A stretch of 64,000 nucleotides of DNA, from the NCBI GenBank assembly GCA_948663575.1, contig CAPNAV010000001.1, positions 3,901 through 67,900 of the forward strand, read 5' to 3'. This document shows, piece after piece, positions 42,401-51,684 of this stretch. Position 1 is the first letter of the stretch. Each line of letters opens with the position of its first letter. Source of the DNA: an uncultured Candidatus Saccharibacteria bacterium. Lineage in GTDB: Bacteria > Patescibacteriota > Saccharimonadia > Saccharimonadales > Saccharimonadaceae. The notes under the pieces were generated by a model that saw nothing but the letters and a program-made list of their open reading frames with translations, was not told the DNA's origin and did not search any database. A program made the position numbers and the translations under genes.

Positions 42401-43319
42401 ATTCGGCGCAATGGGCGACGCTGGTGCGGTTCCAGAACCAGAAATCAAAGCTTCCCCAACTAAAGTCTCCGAAAAGGAGCAGTTGCTCTGGGAACGCGAC
42501 CTCATGGGCCTTTATATTTCCAGTCACCCGCTCGATAAATATGATGTTTATTTCGAGGAACAGACGCACCCATATGAGTTAGTGACCGCTGAAAATGATG
42601 GCAAGTTAGTCACTGTTGGCGGCATCATCAGCGCCGTTCGCACTATTATGACAAAAAGTAATACCCGCATGGCCTTTGTGAAACTCGAAAGTAAAACCTC
42701 CGAACTAGAGTTTATCGCCTTTCCCAGCCTCTATGAGACTATTGGCGCGAAGCTCGTCCAAGACAACGTCGTCAAAGTTGTCGGTCGTGTCAACGCCAAG
42801 GACAAAGATGGCAATATTAGTAGCGAGATTAAGATTATTGCAGATAGCGTTGAAATCATCCCCGACGAAACTCTTGAGAATTATCAGTCGACCGGCCAGA
42901 AACTCCCCATGCCTAAAGACGCTCCTGCTCCTGCTCGCGGTCGCCGTGGCGCCTCGCGCGCCAGTGGTGTTGGTGGCGGCAGCGGTGGATATAGCCAAGG
43001 TGGCGCCCGTTTCGCTAGCACCCCTCGCCAAAACACTCCTGCCACTGACGATGATGCTCCTCCGCGCGTCATCACTCCGCCCAAAGATCCTCGTCGCGAG
43101 CGTCTCTATGTTCTGGTTGAAGACCCCAACGATTCCAATCGTCTCTCCGAGATTCGCCGTCTTTGTGAGTTGAACCCAGGGGTTCAAGAAGTCGTCCTAG
43201 TACTCAAAGATTCCGATGGTAAACGTCCTATTCGCCTCCCCTTCCGCGTTGATGTTACTGATGAGCTTACCAAACCGCTAGCCGACCTCCTCGGCGATCA
43301 ATGTGTCAAGGTAAAATAA
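39474..43319 (+). CDS. dnaE: DNA polymerase III alpha subunit
   Basis: FVHLHNHTHYSLLDG PHP domain, GPGRGSAAGS, MPDIDTD, FNKSHAA, OB fold. Confidence 0.98.
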   Translation: MTEVTKDSEPLKPSDFVHLHNHTHYSLLDGLTKIPELVNFVKEKGMEGVAVTDHGTMSGLVELYKECNAAGIKPVLGLEAYVAARNKEDRDPAHDKQRFHITLLAMNNVGFENLCRLMTDAEIHGKYYKPRIDHKIMAEYNEGIICLSGCAGSEISEAIRAHDEKRTMELVEWYHSIYGDRFYLEMQDHGHPDSPTHWDVQTDINTKLQEISKQTGLPLVVTCDAHYLKHEDQDAHEVLLCVGTASNLSNPNRMTLKDFELHVIPPEDIIERWGKDFPEAVRNSRRIADRCDVDLQLGRILIPKFPVPEEALKKLELDDVANATSQQLEKAYLDELVFQGLVYRYCGYKLKDTVDLKIAECRKLLEEVDKTPERAEEKLKVLPRIDYELSVVDKMGYNGYFLIVQDFINWGKSQRIVYGPGRGSAAGSILAYALRITELDPLKYDLLFERFLNPDRISMPDIDTDIQDTRRDEVIEYCTHKYGEGRVGNIVTFGKMMGKMAVRDVARVMEVPYAEADRLAKLVPDPEQGHHVPIGRAIKEVPDLQNEYEGNPTSHEVLDFAERLEGTIRSHGVHACGVVIAPDDLVKFLPMEVSAKGPLTTQYPGPQIEELGLLKMDFLGLSNLSVINNALRMIRKVYHEDVDMYALPLDDEETYKLLQRAETTGVFQLESAGMKRYLRDLQANRFEDIIAMVALYRPGPMQFIDSFIRRKHGEEPITYLHPGLENSLKDTYGIMIYQEQFMQISREWCGFTGGQADTLRKAVGKKKVDLMNKVKPEFIKGAVEIGGATEEIAEQFWTELLDFANYCFNKSHAACYGLVAYWTAYLKAHYPDAFMAALMTADMRSTDRLAIEITECKHMGIPVLGPDINESYGDFGIVGQEKKIRFGLSGIKSMGKALVEEFVIPERDKNGPFKSVCDFASRVNSSKFNKKSWEAAIKTGAFDRFGDRSDLLFNLENIQAYGAKRQKDAASGQTDLFGAMGDAGAVPEPEIKASPTKVSEKEQLLWERDLMGLYISSHPLDKYDVYFEEQTHPYELVTAENDGKLVTVGGIISAVRTIMTKSNTRMAFVKLESKTSELEFIAFPSLYETIGAKLVQDNVVKVVGRVNAKDKDGNISSEIKIIADSVEIIPDETLENYQSTGQKLPMPKDAPAPARGRRGASRASGVGGGSGGYSQGGARFASTPRQNTPATDDDAPPRVITPPKDPRRERLYVLVEDPNDSNRLSEIRRLCELNPGVQEVVLVLKDSDGKRPIRLPFRVDVTDELTKPLADLLGDQCVKVK

Positions 43320-43591
43320 TGACGAATATAGAATATCAAGTCAAATCGGATGATGCTACGATAATTGGTGAAATTACTTGGGCGGCAAGTGAACAATTTA
43401 GTGAACTTACAGGGCGAACATATCATCTTGATAAAATGGAGGCGGTTCAAATCGACAAAATACCAGATTTATCTCCTGTCGCCAAGCTTCTCCTTTCCGC
43501 TGTGGCGGGTGCGATTATTCAGTGCCTTCTAGATCAGAATATCCCAGTCGAACGTATCTTTTCCACGGGAACTTTCCGAATTGCCAAATAA
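43319..43591 (+). CDS. Hypothetical protein
   Basis: TAATG coupling to dnaE stop. Confidence 0.55.
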   Translation: MTNIEYQVKSDDATIIGEITWAASEQFSELTGRTYHLDKMEAVQIDKIPDLSPVAKLLLSAVAGAIIQCLLDQNIPVERIFSTGTFRIAK

Positions 43592-43594
43592 CTA

Positions 43595-43698
43595 TTGACA
43601 AAATTAACAATCTGTGCTACAATGAAAGAATAGGCTGTTTTTAGGCCTACGTAACTGTTAACTTTTTGTTCTCAAAAATTGTTTTAGGAGGGTAAAAC
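43595..43698 (+). promoter_or_regulatory. Promoter and 5' leader shared with 35572-35680
   Basis: TTGACA-17-TACAAT, TAGGCT/AGGCCTA hairpin, TGTTAACTTTTTGTTC, AGGAGGG. Confidence 0.7.
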
Positions 43699-44325
43699 AT
43701 GAAAATGAAGAAAATTGTAGCTATTATCGCTGGATGTCTGGTTATTGGTGGTATTTTAGGGTATGTTGGATTCAATAAGCTTACCAAGGATGCTACGTTT
43801 ATTGATAGTCAGTATCCTACGACCAACGACAATCAGGCTGGCGAAGTCTTGAATAGTCTGGTAGATCCAGTGGACCGCGACTACGATGAGATAGTCAATG
43901 AGCTTTATCGCATCTGCTTCAACCAGCCGGAAACCTTAGCGTCAACGCTGACTGGTTTTCCGAATGCGCTAAAAGCTGCCGGATGTGAAAAGACTGATCC
44001 CCTTGAGTTAGAGGACATCTTTAATCATGAAGAATCCGTTTACGATCAAAATCAGCTCCTCTGGCTGCTCCGTGATATCCTGGAAAGGCCAACCACGAAG
44101 TATTCTATTAGTTCATACAGTGGTAGAGCAAAAATCATGGGTATGGTCAAGATTGACGAAAGTCTGCCGTCGTCACCGCAAAACATTACTTTGGCCTGGT
44201 TTGTCGATACCTTTGATCAGGCGCGAATCCTCCAGGTGGAGGTGCTATGTGCTGACGGTAGTTACGATACGGCATATTTACATCTCGGTAGTGGTTTTGG
44301 CCGGTTCGAACCTTTGTCGGATTAG
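43699..44325 (+). CDS. Hypothetical exported or membrane-anchored protein
   Basis: MKMKK plus hydrophobic N-terminus; strong RBS. Confidence 0.75.
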   Translation: MKMKKIVAIIAGCLVIGGILGYVGFNKLTKDATFIDSQYPTTNDNQAGEVLNSLVDPVDRDYDEIVNELYRICFNQPETLASTLTGFPNALKAAGCEKTDPLELEDIFNHEESVYDQNQLLWLLRDILERPTTKYSISSYSGRAKIMGMVKIDESLPSSPQNITLAWFVDTFDQARILQVEVLCADGSYDTAYLHLGSGFGRFEPLSD

Positions 44326-44439
44326 CGCGAATGAAGTCTAGCCACAACTGCAGTCCTACAGTAATGTAAAAAAACAAAAAGTTTTCCATCAATAAACCCC
44401 GGTCATTCTTTGACCGGGGCGTCTCTTTCTTCAGATTAC

Positions 44440-45735
44440 TTACAAGGCACCGAACGGCTCCGCCAGCCTCAAATCTGGGCGATCCTCCGCAATACGCATC
44501 AATTCGTTGTATTTGCAGATTCGCTCTGAACGCGATAGGGAACCAGTCTTGATCTGGCCAGTTCCGAGGCCAACTGCCAGATGCGCGATACTCGTATCTT
44601 CGGTCTCGCCAGAGCGGTGCGACATAACAGTGTTAAAACCAGCCGCTTTTGCCATCTTGACTGCGGCAATCGTCTCGGTCAGTGTGCCGATTTGATTTGG
44701 TTTAATCAAGATAGCATTACCAGCTTTTTCCTTAATGCCTCGCTCGAGCAGTTTTACGTTCGTCACAAACAAGTCATCACCGACAATTTGAATTTTGTCG
44801 CCTAGGCGCTCGGTTAGCATCTTCCAACCTTTCCAGTCATGCTCATCCAACCCGTCCTCAATCGAAACTACCGGATAGTTCTCAATCATCCAAGCATACC
44901 AATCTATCATGTCGCCAGACGTCTTCCAGGAGCCGTCGGTTTTGAGTTCATAATGATCATGATTCCAAAACTCCGACGCAGCTACATCTAAGCCAATCAC
45001 TATATCTTGTCCAGGCGTATAGCCAGCCGCTTCGATTGCTAACAAAATGCACTCAAGCGGTTCATTATTGCCATCGCGTACTTTTGGCCCATAACCACCC
45101 TCATCGCCCACGGTCGCGGTATATCCACGGTCTTTTAGGACGCGCTTCAGAGCGTGAAAAGTTTCCGCGCCCATACGCACCGCCTCACCAATCGAACCTG
45201 CGCCTCGCGGGATAATCATATATTCTTGCAAATCCGTGCACCAATCTGCATGCGCGCCACCGTTCATGACGTTCATCATCGGTAGGGGCAAGCACATATC
45301 TCGAGTTGTGCCAGCAATAGCCGCAATGTATTGATAAAATGGTAGATTCTGCGCTTTCGCCGCAGCCTTAGCCGTTGCAAGAGAGACCGCTAATATGGCG
45401 TTTGCACCTAATTTACTTTTGCTCTCGGTGCCATCCAGTTCGAGCATTAATTTATCAACCTGATCTTGATCAGCTGAATTTCCTACCAACAAGTCATGGA
45501 TATTGTGATTCACATTCCAAACGGCCTTCGCAACACTCTTTCCGTTGTAAAATTTCGGATCCCCATCGCGTAGCTCCAAGGCCTCGCCTTCGCCAGTTGA
45601 TGCACCGGACGGTACGATAGCTCTCGCCGCATGCCCGGACGACAAAAATACGTCGGCCTCAACCGTTGGGTTACCACGACTATCGAGTACTTGTCGTGCC
45701 TTGATATCTCTAATCACAAAATTCTCTTTCTCCAT
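44440..45735 (-). CDS. eno: Enolase
   Basis: DSRGNPTVE, VPSGASTG, VGDEGG, SHRSGETED, GQIKTGS. Confidence 0.98.
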   Translation of the reverse strand: MEKENFVIRDIKARQVLDSRGNPTVEADVFLSSGHAARAIVPSGASTGEGEALELRDGDPKFYNGKSVAKAVWNVNHNIHDLLVGNSADQDQVDKLMLELDGTESKSKLGANAILAVSLATAKAAAKAQNLPFYQYIAAIAGTTRDMCLPLPMMNVMNGGAHADWCTDLQEYMIIPRGAGSIGEAVRMGAETFHALKRVLKDRGYTATVGDEGGYGPKVRDGNNEPLECILLAIEAAGYTPGQDIVIGLDVAASEFWNHDHYELKTDGSWKTSGDMIDWYAWMIENYPVVSIEDGLDEHDWKGWKMLTERLGDKIQIVGDDLFVTNVKLLERGIKEKAGNAILIKPNQIGTLTETIAAVKMAKAAGFNTVMSHRSGETEDTSIAHLAVGLGTGQIKTGSLSRSERICKYNELMRIAEDRPDLRLAEPFGAL

Positions 45736-45805
45736 ATGTTAAATTATAGCACGATTTTATTTTGGCTTAGGCTTTTTGTGATATAATCAAAAGCAAAGGA
45801 GGGAA

Positions 45806-47137
45806 ATGGAAGATAAACCGACGATCAACCCAAATAATTCCAACATCAACAACGACAAAGCCAACAATTCGAATACAGCAAACCATGAACAAGAGCATTC
45901 CACTCAGCCCACTTCGGCTACTTCCTCATCTCAGCCTGCTATTGAAAAAGATGACGTCGTGGTGATGGGTACGGAAAATAACCAGCCAGCCGTCGTCGTT
46001 ATGAAACCTCCCAAAAAGAATAAAGCTGGTATCATTGCAGCTGTCGTCTTTATTGTCTTGTTCTTATTGGCGAGCGCTTGTCTCGCTGCGTGGTATTTCA
46101 TGGTTTATAATAGCCCTGAGAACGTTGCCTTAGATGCCGTGCGCCAATTTATCTCAGCTGAAAACATTATCACTGAGGGAAATATTCGTATTGCTGATGT
46201 TGATACTTCGGACGATCATTTTGTCGCTACGCTTAATTTCACATCACTATCTAATCACATCCCCGAGTCGGTTAATGTAGTCCTTAATTTTAGCGAGCGT
46301 GACTCAAACGATAGAGTAATTGATGATCATGAGATTGAACTTGATCTTGGCGTTGCCGTTATGGTTGATGGCGTGTTCTATGTTCAGGTCAGTAATTTAG
46401 CTGACGCTTTCGATAAAATCATCTACGCTGAGGGTGTTGACTATTCGGAATATCAAGCCATGGTTGATCTAGCCGAGGAAATTATCGAGCTAATCGATAA
46501 TGAATGGTGGCGAATTTCGTATGATGAAGTTGCCGAAGAGATTGATAGTAGCTATCTCACCAGTGCTAGCCAGCTCCAAAGGTGCATTATCGACGTAATC
46601 AATCAAGATTACTCCGCTGAATTTATTGATATATATAATAATAATCGTTTTCTAAATGTTAAGGTAAGCGACGATATTGCAGAGATTCAAGGTAATTCGC
46701 TCTATGATGTCACTATAGATTCCACTAAAATGGCGGATTTTCTCAATCGCGCCACTGAATCCTCTGCTGCTGAAGACATCCTTGCTTGCTATAATAATTT
46801 CAAAGAATCTACGGAATTCAATTCCGATGACAAGAGCCCTCTAGCGATAGCCGATATTCCAGAACTTTCTTCTGAAGACATTGATGATATTCTCCCAGAT
46901 AATTTGGTCTTAACGATGAGCATCTCTGACTTTAGCCATCGGTTGCATTCTGTAGAGGCCGAGCTTGTAAGCGATGATGCTTCGATATCTGGCAGATTAA
47001 ACTTTAGCTACGTCGATAACACTGTCTCTGCTCCCGCTAGCTACCGCTCTGTTACTGAATTATTCGATGAAATCGCAGAAATTATTAATGATTATTTTGA
47101 ACTCCCAAACGATAATCTTGAGGAAGGCATTTTCTAA
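45806..47137 (+). CDS. Hypothetical single-pass membrane protein with acidic extracellular domain
   Basis: Disordered N-terminus, KKNK then TM helix, 443 aa. Confidence 0.75.
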   Translation: MEDKPTINPNNSNINNDKANNSNTANHEQEHSTQPTSATSSSQPAIEKDDVVVMGTENNQPAVVVMKPPKKNKAGIIAAVVFIVLFLLASACLAAWYFMVYNSPENVALDAVRQFISAENIITEGNIRIADVDTSDDHFVATLNFTSLSNHIPESVNVVLNFSERDSNDRVIDDHEIELDLGVAVMVDGVFYVQVSNLADAFDKIIYAEGVDYSEYQAMVDLAEEIIELIDNEWWRISYDEVAEEIDSSYLTSASQLQRCIIDVINQDYSAEFIDIYNNNRFLNVKVSDDIAEIQGNSLYDVTIDSTKMADFLNRATESSAAEDILACYNNFKESTEFNSDDKSPLAIADIPELSSEDIDDILPDNLVLTMSISDFSHRLHSVEAELVSDDASISGRLNFSYVDNTVSAPASYRSVTELFDEIAEIINDYFELPNDNLEEGIF

Positions 47138-47149
47138 CTGAGGTGTAGT

Positions 47150-48502
47150 ATGAGTTTTCTTGATACTCTTAAAAATACAAAACAAAAGATGATGGCTAAG
47201 CATAAGCCATCGGCGCCTGATGAGGCCAAAAAAAACGATCAAAGCGACCAAGAAGTGCCGCGTCTTCGTAGCGCTAATGATGTTGTTCTTGCTCTTGACA
47301 TAGGAACAGAATATGTTAAGGCTATCATTGCTCGTCAAGGTGAAGATCGCACTCTTGATATCATTGGTATTGGTCGCGCCCATCAAGATGCAAGCAATAT
47401 GTATGCTGGCGCCATTGCCGACATTCCTGGAGTTGCTAGTGTCTGTGAACGCGCCCTCGGTCAAGCCGAAAAAACCGCCGGTGTCACTTGCAAAACTGCC
47501 GTTGTAGGTATCGCAGGGGAACTTATTAAAGGCAATACTAGTACTGTGCGCTATCGTCGTAAAAACGGCAATAAACCTCTCACTGAGCAAGAGATGGCGT
47601 TAATTATTCAACGTGTTCAGGAACGCGCCGGCGAAAAAGCTCGCAAAGAAATCGCTGATGAAACCAATAATCCCGATGTCGAAGTTCGTTTGATTAACTC
47701 TGCTATTGTTAGTATTACGATTGATGGTTATAAAATTTCTAATCCAATCGGGTTTAAGGGTACGGACGTAGTCTTGCAGTTTTATACCGCTTTCGCACCA
47801 CTTGTTCATATTTCTGCCATCGAGAAAGTCTGTGCCGAGCTGAGCCTTGATCTGCTGGCGGTCGCCGTAGAACCATTTGCGGTCTGTCGCGCTTGTCTGG
47901 GTGATGAGCTTGATAGTGGCTTCTCTGGCATTGTTATGGATATTGGTGGTGGCACGACCGATATTGCTGTAGTTGACGACGGTGGCGTCGAGGGGACGAA
48001 GATGTTTGGCATCGGTGGGCGCAGCTTTACTCATCAGATTGCCGAGGCTCTCAATGTTGATTTTGATACCGCCGAGAAATACAAACTCGCTATTAATAAC
48101 CCAACCAAAATCCCTGCCGATATGCGCGATGCAATGATGTTGGCTGTGCAGCGCAACTTGGCTGTATGGCTGTCGGGCGTGCAGATTACATTGGAAGATT
48201 TTAAGCTTACCGAGTTATTGCCCAATAAGATCTTACTTTGTGGTGGCGGAGCTGGTCTCGGTGAATTGCAGGAAGTCTTAGCTACAACCGATTGGTTCAA
48301 GGAGTTGCCATTTGCTAGGCGTCCTGTGATTCATCTAGTTGAATCTGCTGATATTCCCGGCATTAAGAATACTACTAATGTTACGCTCGACCATTCTTAT
48401 ATTACAGCCCTAGGTCTGCTACGCGTTGCTCTAGATACACTAGTTGGCGCACCCAACGAAGGTGGTATTCGCGGCAAATTTGCCAAGCTCCTGCAAAACT
48501 AG
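47150..48502 (+). CDS. FtsA-like actin-fold ATPase
   Basis: ALDIGTEYVK, MDIGGGTTDI, FGIGGRSFT, LCGGGA. Confidence 0.88.
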   Translation: MSFLDTLKNTKQKMMAKHKPSAPDEAKKNDQSDQEVPRLRSANDVVLALDIGTEYVKAIIARQGEDRTLDIIGIGRAHQDASNMYAGAIADIPGVASVCERALGQAEKTAGVTCKTAVVGIAGELIKGNTSTVRYRRKNGNKPLTEQEMALIIQRVQERAGEKARKEIADETNNPDVEVRLINSAIVSITIDGYKISNPIGFKGTDVVLQFYTAFAPLVHISAIEKVCAELSLDLLAVAVEPFAVCRACLGDELDSGFSGIVMDIGGGTTDIAVVDDGGVEGTKMFGIGGRSFTHQIAEALNVDFDTAEKYKLAINNPTKIPADMRDAMMLAVQRNLAVWLSGVQITLEDFKLTELLPNKILLCGGGAGLGELQEVLATTDWFKELPFARRPVIHLVESADIPGIKNTTNVTLDHSYITALGLLRVALDTLVGAPNEGGIRGKFAKLLQN

Positions 48503-48781
48503 AATTTTCGTAGCAAGACAAACTCCCGAGGCGTGCCTCGGGAGCTGTGTGGGAAAGATGGGGTTAGCAAGTCGATAGTACTGCCTAAAATCCAACGCAG
48601 ATTCATGGACTACCTCTAGTAGTGCCTTGGTTGGCGATACCAAACGACATTTGGTATTTTTAATACTTTGACGTCAACCAATACTCTTGGATAATTTCTA
48701 GTACTCTCGTCACGTCAGTGTTAATTAGTAATTTTAGCCGACGTCTAGAGCTCCCAGTCTGCTAATACTAATTACTATGCT

Positions 48782-49174
48782 TCATATCTCCGGCTGTCCA
48801 TTGATCAACTGTAGTGTAATAGAAATATCCATCCTGGCAAGCTGACAAGGATTGATTAGCTCTTGAATATCAATGTTTTCATCACGCTCGCGAGCAATTA
48901 CAGTATTAACTGTTTCCATTAATTCTAGAATCGCCTTTCGCCGATCGCTTTGATTTTCAAATAGATATTTCGTAACAAACGAGTCGTCATTAATTGTATC
49001 TACTAGTCGCTCTATCACTAGGCCCAGAAGATAATGTTTTACGTAGTCTCGCCGCAATTTTAAACGTTCATCGTTGTGGCAGCAGCGCGTATCTTGTAAT
49101 TTCCAGTTCTTATCGCTGCTGAGAGCTGCGCCCATCAAACGCTCTTGTGTGTGGATATCACAAAATGTCATCAA
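48782..49174 (-). CDS. Hypothetical protein (start uncertain)
   Basis: 130-aa ORF downstream of 49238-50077. Confidence 0.5.
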   Translation of the reverse strand: MMTFCDIHTQERLMGAALSSDKNWKLQDTRCCHNDERLKLRRDYVKHYLLGLVIERLVDTINDDSFVTKYLFENQSDRRKAILELMETVNTVIARERDENIDIQELINPCQLARMDISITLQLINGQPEI

Positions 49175-49237
49175 ATCGAAATCGCTTAACCACTTGTCGA
49201 AGGTCTGATTAGAGAAACTTTGTATGATACAATTTAG

Positions 49238-50077
49238 TCACTGATAATCCTCCTCTCTGAGGCGCATACAATCTTCGTTATTGAGGGTGGTGATAATGAA
49301 CATAAAAGCAATATTGAGACATCCGTCAGTCGCAAAATGTCCATGCACGCCGTACCGCAGCAGCTCATGCATTATAAAGTCATCACTTCGAAAACTATCA
49401 GATTCCGCAAGAGCCTGAGTGGCGCTGGTATAAAATTGACTAAGCTCATGTTGACCTGCTGATGCAATCAAATAACGTAAATTGATCCTGTCGTTTTGTC
49501 GAATATCATCTGTGATCAGCCAGCGCAGTCGCTCGGTATCATCAAAGTAAATCCGGTCAAACCCGTCAATTTCGAAGTAGCGACGTTTTTTATGATAGCG
49601 TTTTTGCTCCATCTCTGAAAGTTTATCAAACTCTTCCTGTGTCACTTTTCTCCCTAAATTATCAGTTAGTGCGTATAGCGGCCACGGCTGATGAGTTTTC
49701 CCAGGTAACATTCGGCCCAGATGATCTGATATTATTTCTCCATTCTCATTCAACTCCCTCCCCGAGTCATCCAAAAATCTCGTATCAAACAACATTCCTC
49801 TCAGCGCATTTCTGGGCAGACCATAACTATTAATGACCAGTTGCGCATCCTTTTTCATTTGCTGACGCAGCGTATCTTGATAAATTAACAGTTGGCTTAC
49901 TGCCCATGACTCACGCTCTCGCTTAGTGCTTTCGCCGTCAAGCGGACAAGGCATTCCAGCAATTTGCATACCGCCCAATATCCCCTCCAGAAACAGGCGG
50001 CGAGCTTCTACTCCGGCGACCGTTGTGTTCTCGCTTTTTAGTCGCTCCAGTTCAAAAAACATCTTCATCAAATCCAT
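49238..50077 (-). CDS. Hypothetical protein
   Basis: AAGGAGG RBS; 279 aa. Confidence 0.7.
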   Translation of the reverse strand: MDLMKMFFELERLKSENTTVAGVEARRLFLEGILGGMQIAGMPCPLDGESTKRERESWAVSQLLIYQDTLRQQMKKDAQLVINSYGLPRNALRGMLFDTRFLDDSGRELNENGEIISDHLGRMLPGKTHQPWPLYALTDNLGRKVTQEEFDKLSEMEQKRYHKKRRYFEIDGFDRIYFDDTERLRWLITDDIRQNDRINLRYLIASAGQHELSQFYTSATQALAESDSFRSDDFIMHELLRYGVHGHFATDGCLNIAFMFIITTLNNEDCMRLREEDYQ

Positions 50078-50283
50078 CTTCGCTCCTCCTTTTACGATCG
50101 TAGTTATATCCGTCTTTTACCTAGAAAACAGATATTTTCTACGATCCTATAGAGTTCAACCGACAAAAATAAGCCCCATCTCACAAGGTGCCTAAACCAC
50201 AATGGTTACTTCAAAATTCTAGCATGCTTCACCAAAAAAGTCAAAAACAGATCCGCCTCGTTATAAAGCCTTAAACATCTATG

Positions 50284-50967
50284 CTAGACTCTCTCTACTT
50301 CCATAAACTCCCCCTCTTTAAGTTTATCCAGCTCATATTTCCCAAATATAATACGTTTCAACTTTACAACGGTATAACCTAACGCCCCGAAGGTGCGCCG
50401 AATCTGTCGATTACGCCCCTCGCTCATGGTTACGCGCCATTTTATGCGAGTTTCGTCCAGCCTTTCCAGTCCCAGTTTCGAAACTCCGTCGCCAATCTCT
50501 ATACCGAAATCACTGATTTCTTGTTGATGTAATGGTTCTAGTGCATGATCCAGTTCAACGATATAAACCTTGATTTTGGCAAAACTCGGATGCGTCATCT
50601 TGAACGCGAAATCTCCGTCATTCGTCAGCAAAATCAAACCTGAGGAATCCCTATCTAGGCGTCCAACAGTTTTTAAATTTTGATATTTTTCGGGCAAGAG
50701 CTCATAGATTGTTGGAAAATCACCTTGTCGTTTGCGCGAACAAACATAGCCAGCTGGCTTATTTAAGCCCAAGTAGAGATAGCCCACAGAATAGGGGATT
50801 ATACTTCCATTGTAGCACACCTTGTCATTTTTGTCAATACGTGCACCTAGAACCGCTGGTTTTTGATTTACTAAAACCTTCCCAGCTGCAATCGCGTCGT
50901 CCGCTTGGCGTCGCGAAAGTCCGAGCCTCTCCGCCAAGAACTTATTGAGACGAATTTTCTCTTCCAT
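50284..50967 (-). CDS. rRNA pseudouridine synthase (RsuA/RluB family) with S4 domain
   Basis: RLNKFLA, NKPAGYVCS, VGRLDRDSSGLILLTNDG, EGRNRQIRR. Confidence 0.95.
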   Translation of the reverse strand: MEEKIRLNKFLAERLGLSRRQADDAIAAGKVLVNQKPAVLGARIDKNDKVCYNGSIIPYSVGYLYLGLNKPAGYVCSRKRQGDFPTIYELLPEKYQNLKTVGRLDRDSSGLILLTNDGDFAFKMTHPSFAKIKVYIVELDHALEPLHQQEISDFGIEIGDGVSKLGLERLDETRIKWRVTMSEGRNRQIRRTFGALGYTVVKLKRIIFGKYELDKLKEGEFMEVERV

Positions 50968-51003
50968 ATCTATAATTATAGCACGTTCAGAGATGTTCTC
51001 GGT

Positions 51004-51684
51004 CTACTGAACCGGCAGAATTTGATTCTGTGCTGGCTGAGGTGCTTGATTTGCTGGCAGAGCCACCTGATTCACTGGCGCTTGCACTTGCACTCCCTGT
51101 ACTCCTGAGGCCGTCAGTGCTGACGGTGCTTGATTCTGTAACGGCGCAGTCTGCACGCCTTGCACTCCTGCGGATGTTAGAGGCGCCTGTGCCTGTTGCA
51201 GCTGCATGCTCGGCACTCCCGGTATTGCCTGTGCTGCTGGCATCGCTTGCATTTGTGGTGCACTTTGGGCTTGCATGCCGGCTGTTGCTGATGTATTAAT
51301 TACGCCATTTTGACCACGATCGCCCAGTACTTCATGTACAACATTCACCACGTCCTCAATTCCTACTTGTGATTTAACTAAATATCGATCTGCTCCCAAG
51401 CTTTCTCCGCGCACGCGCTGATCCTCACTAGATAGAGCCGTCATCATGATTACCTTAATATCTTTAGTCTCTGGTGTTGACCTTAAAATGTCCAGCATAT
51501 CAAAACCAGTAATCTTTGGCATCATTACATCAGAAACAATCAAATCTGGTCGCTCGCGCACCGCCACTGCCAGAGCCTCCTCCCCGTCGTGCGCCGTCAC
51601 GATTGCATAACCCTCGGCCGTCAGCCGAATACTATAGATCTCGCGAAGACTATCGTCGTCTTCGACTAGCATGATTTTACTCAT
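51004..51684 (-). CDS. Response regulator receiver protein with Q/A/P-rich tail
   Basis: IMLVEDD, DVMMP, MMTAL, YLVK. Confidence 0.9.
   Translation of the reverse strand: MSKIMLVEDDDSLREIYSIRLTAEGYAIVTAHDGEEALAVAVRERPDLIVSDVMMPKITGFDMLDILRSTPETKDIKVIMMTALSSEDQRVRGESLGADRYLVKSQVGIEDVVNVVHEVLGDRGQNGVINTSATAGMQAQSAPQMQAMPAAQAIPGVPSMQLQQAQAPLTSAGVQGVQTAPLQNQAPSALTASGVQGVQVQAPVNQVALPANQAPQPAQNQILPVQ

Noticed and set aside
39474..43319. Intein in DnaE
   Set aside because: Extra length is explained by short insertions and a low-complexity linker; no intein terminal or homing endonuclease motifs seen.
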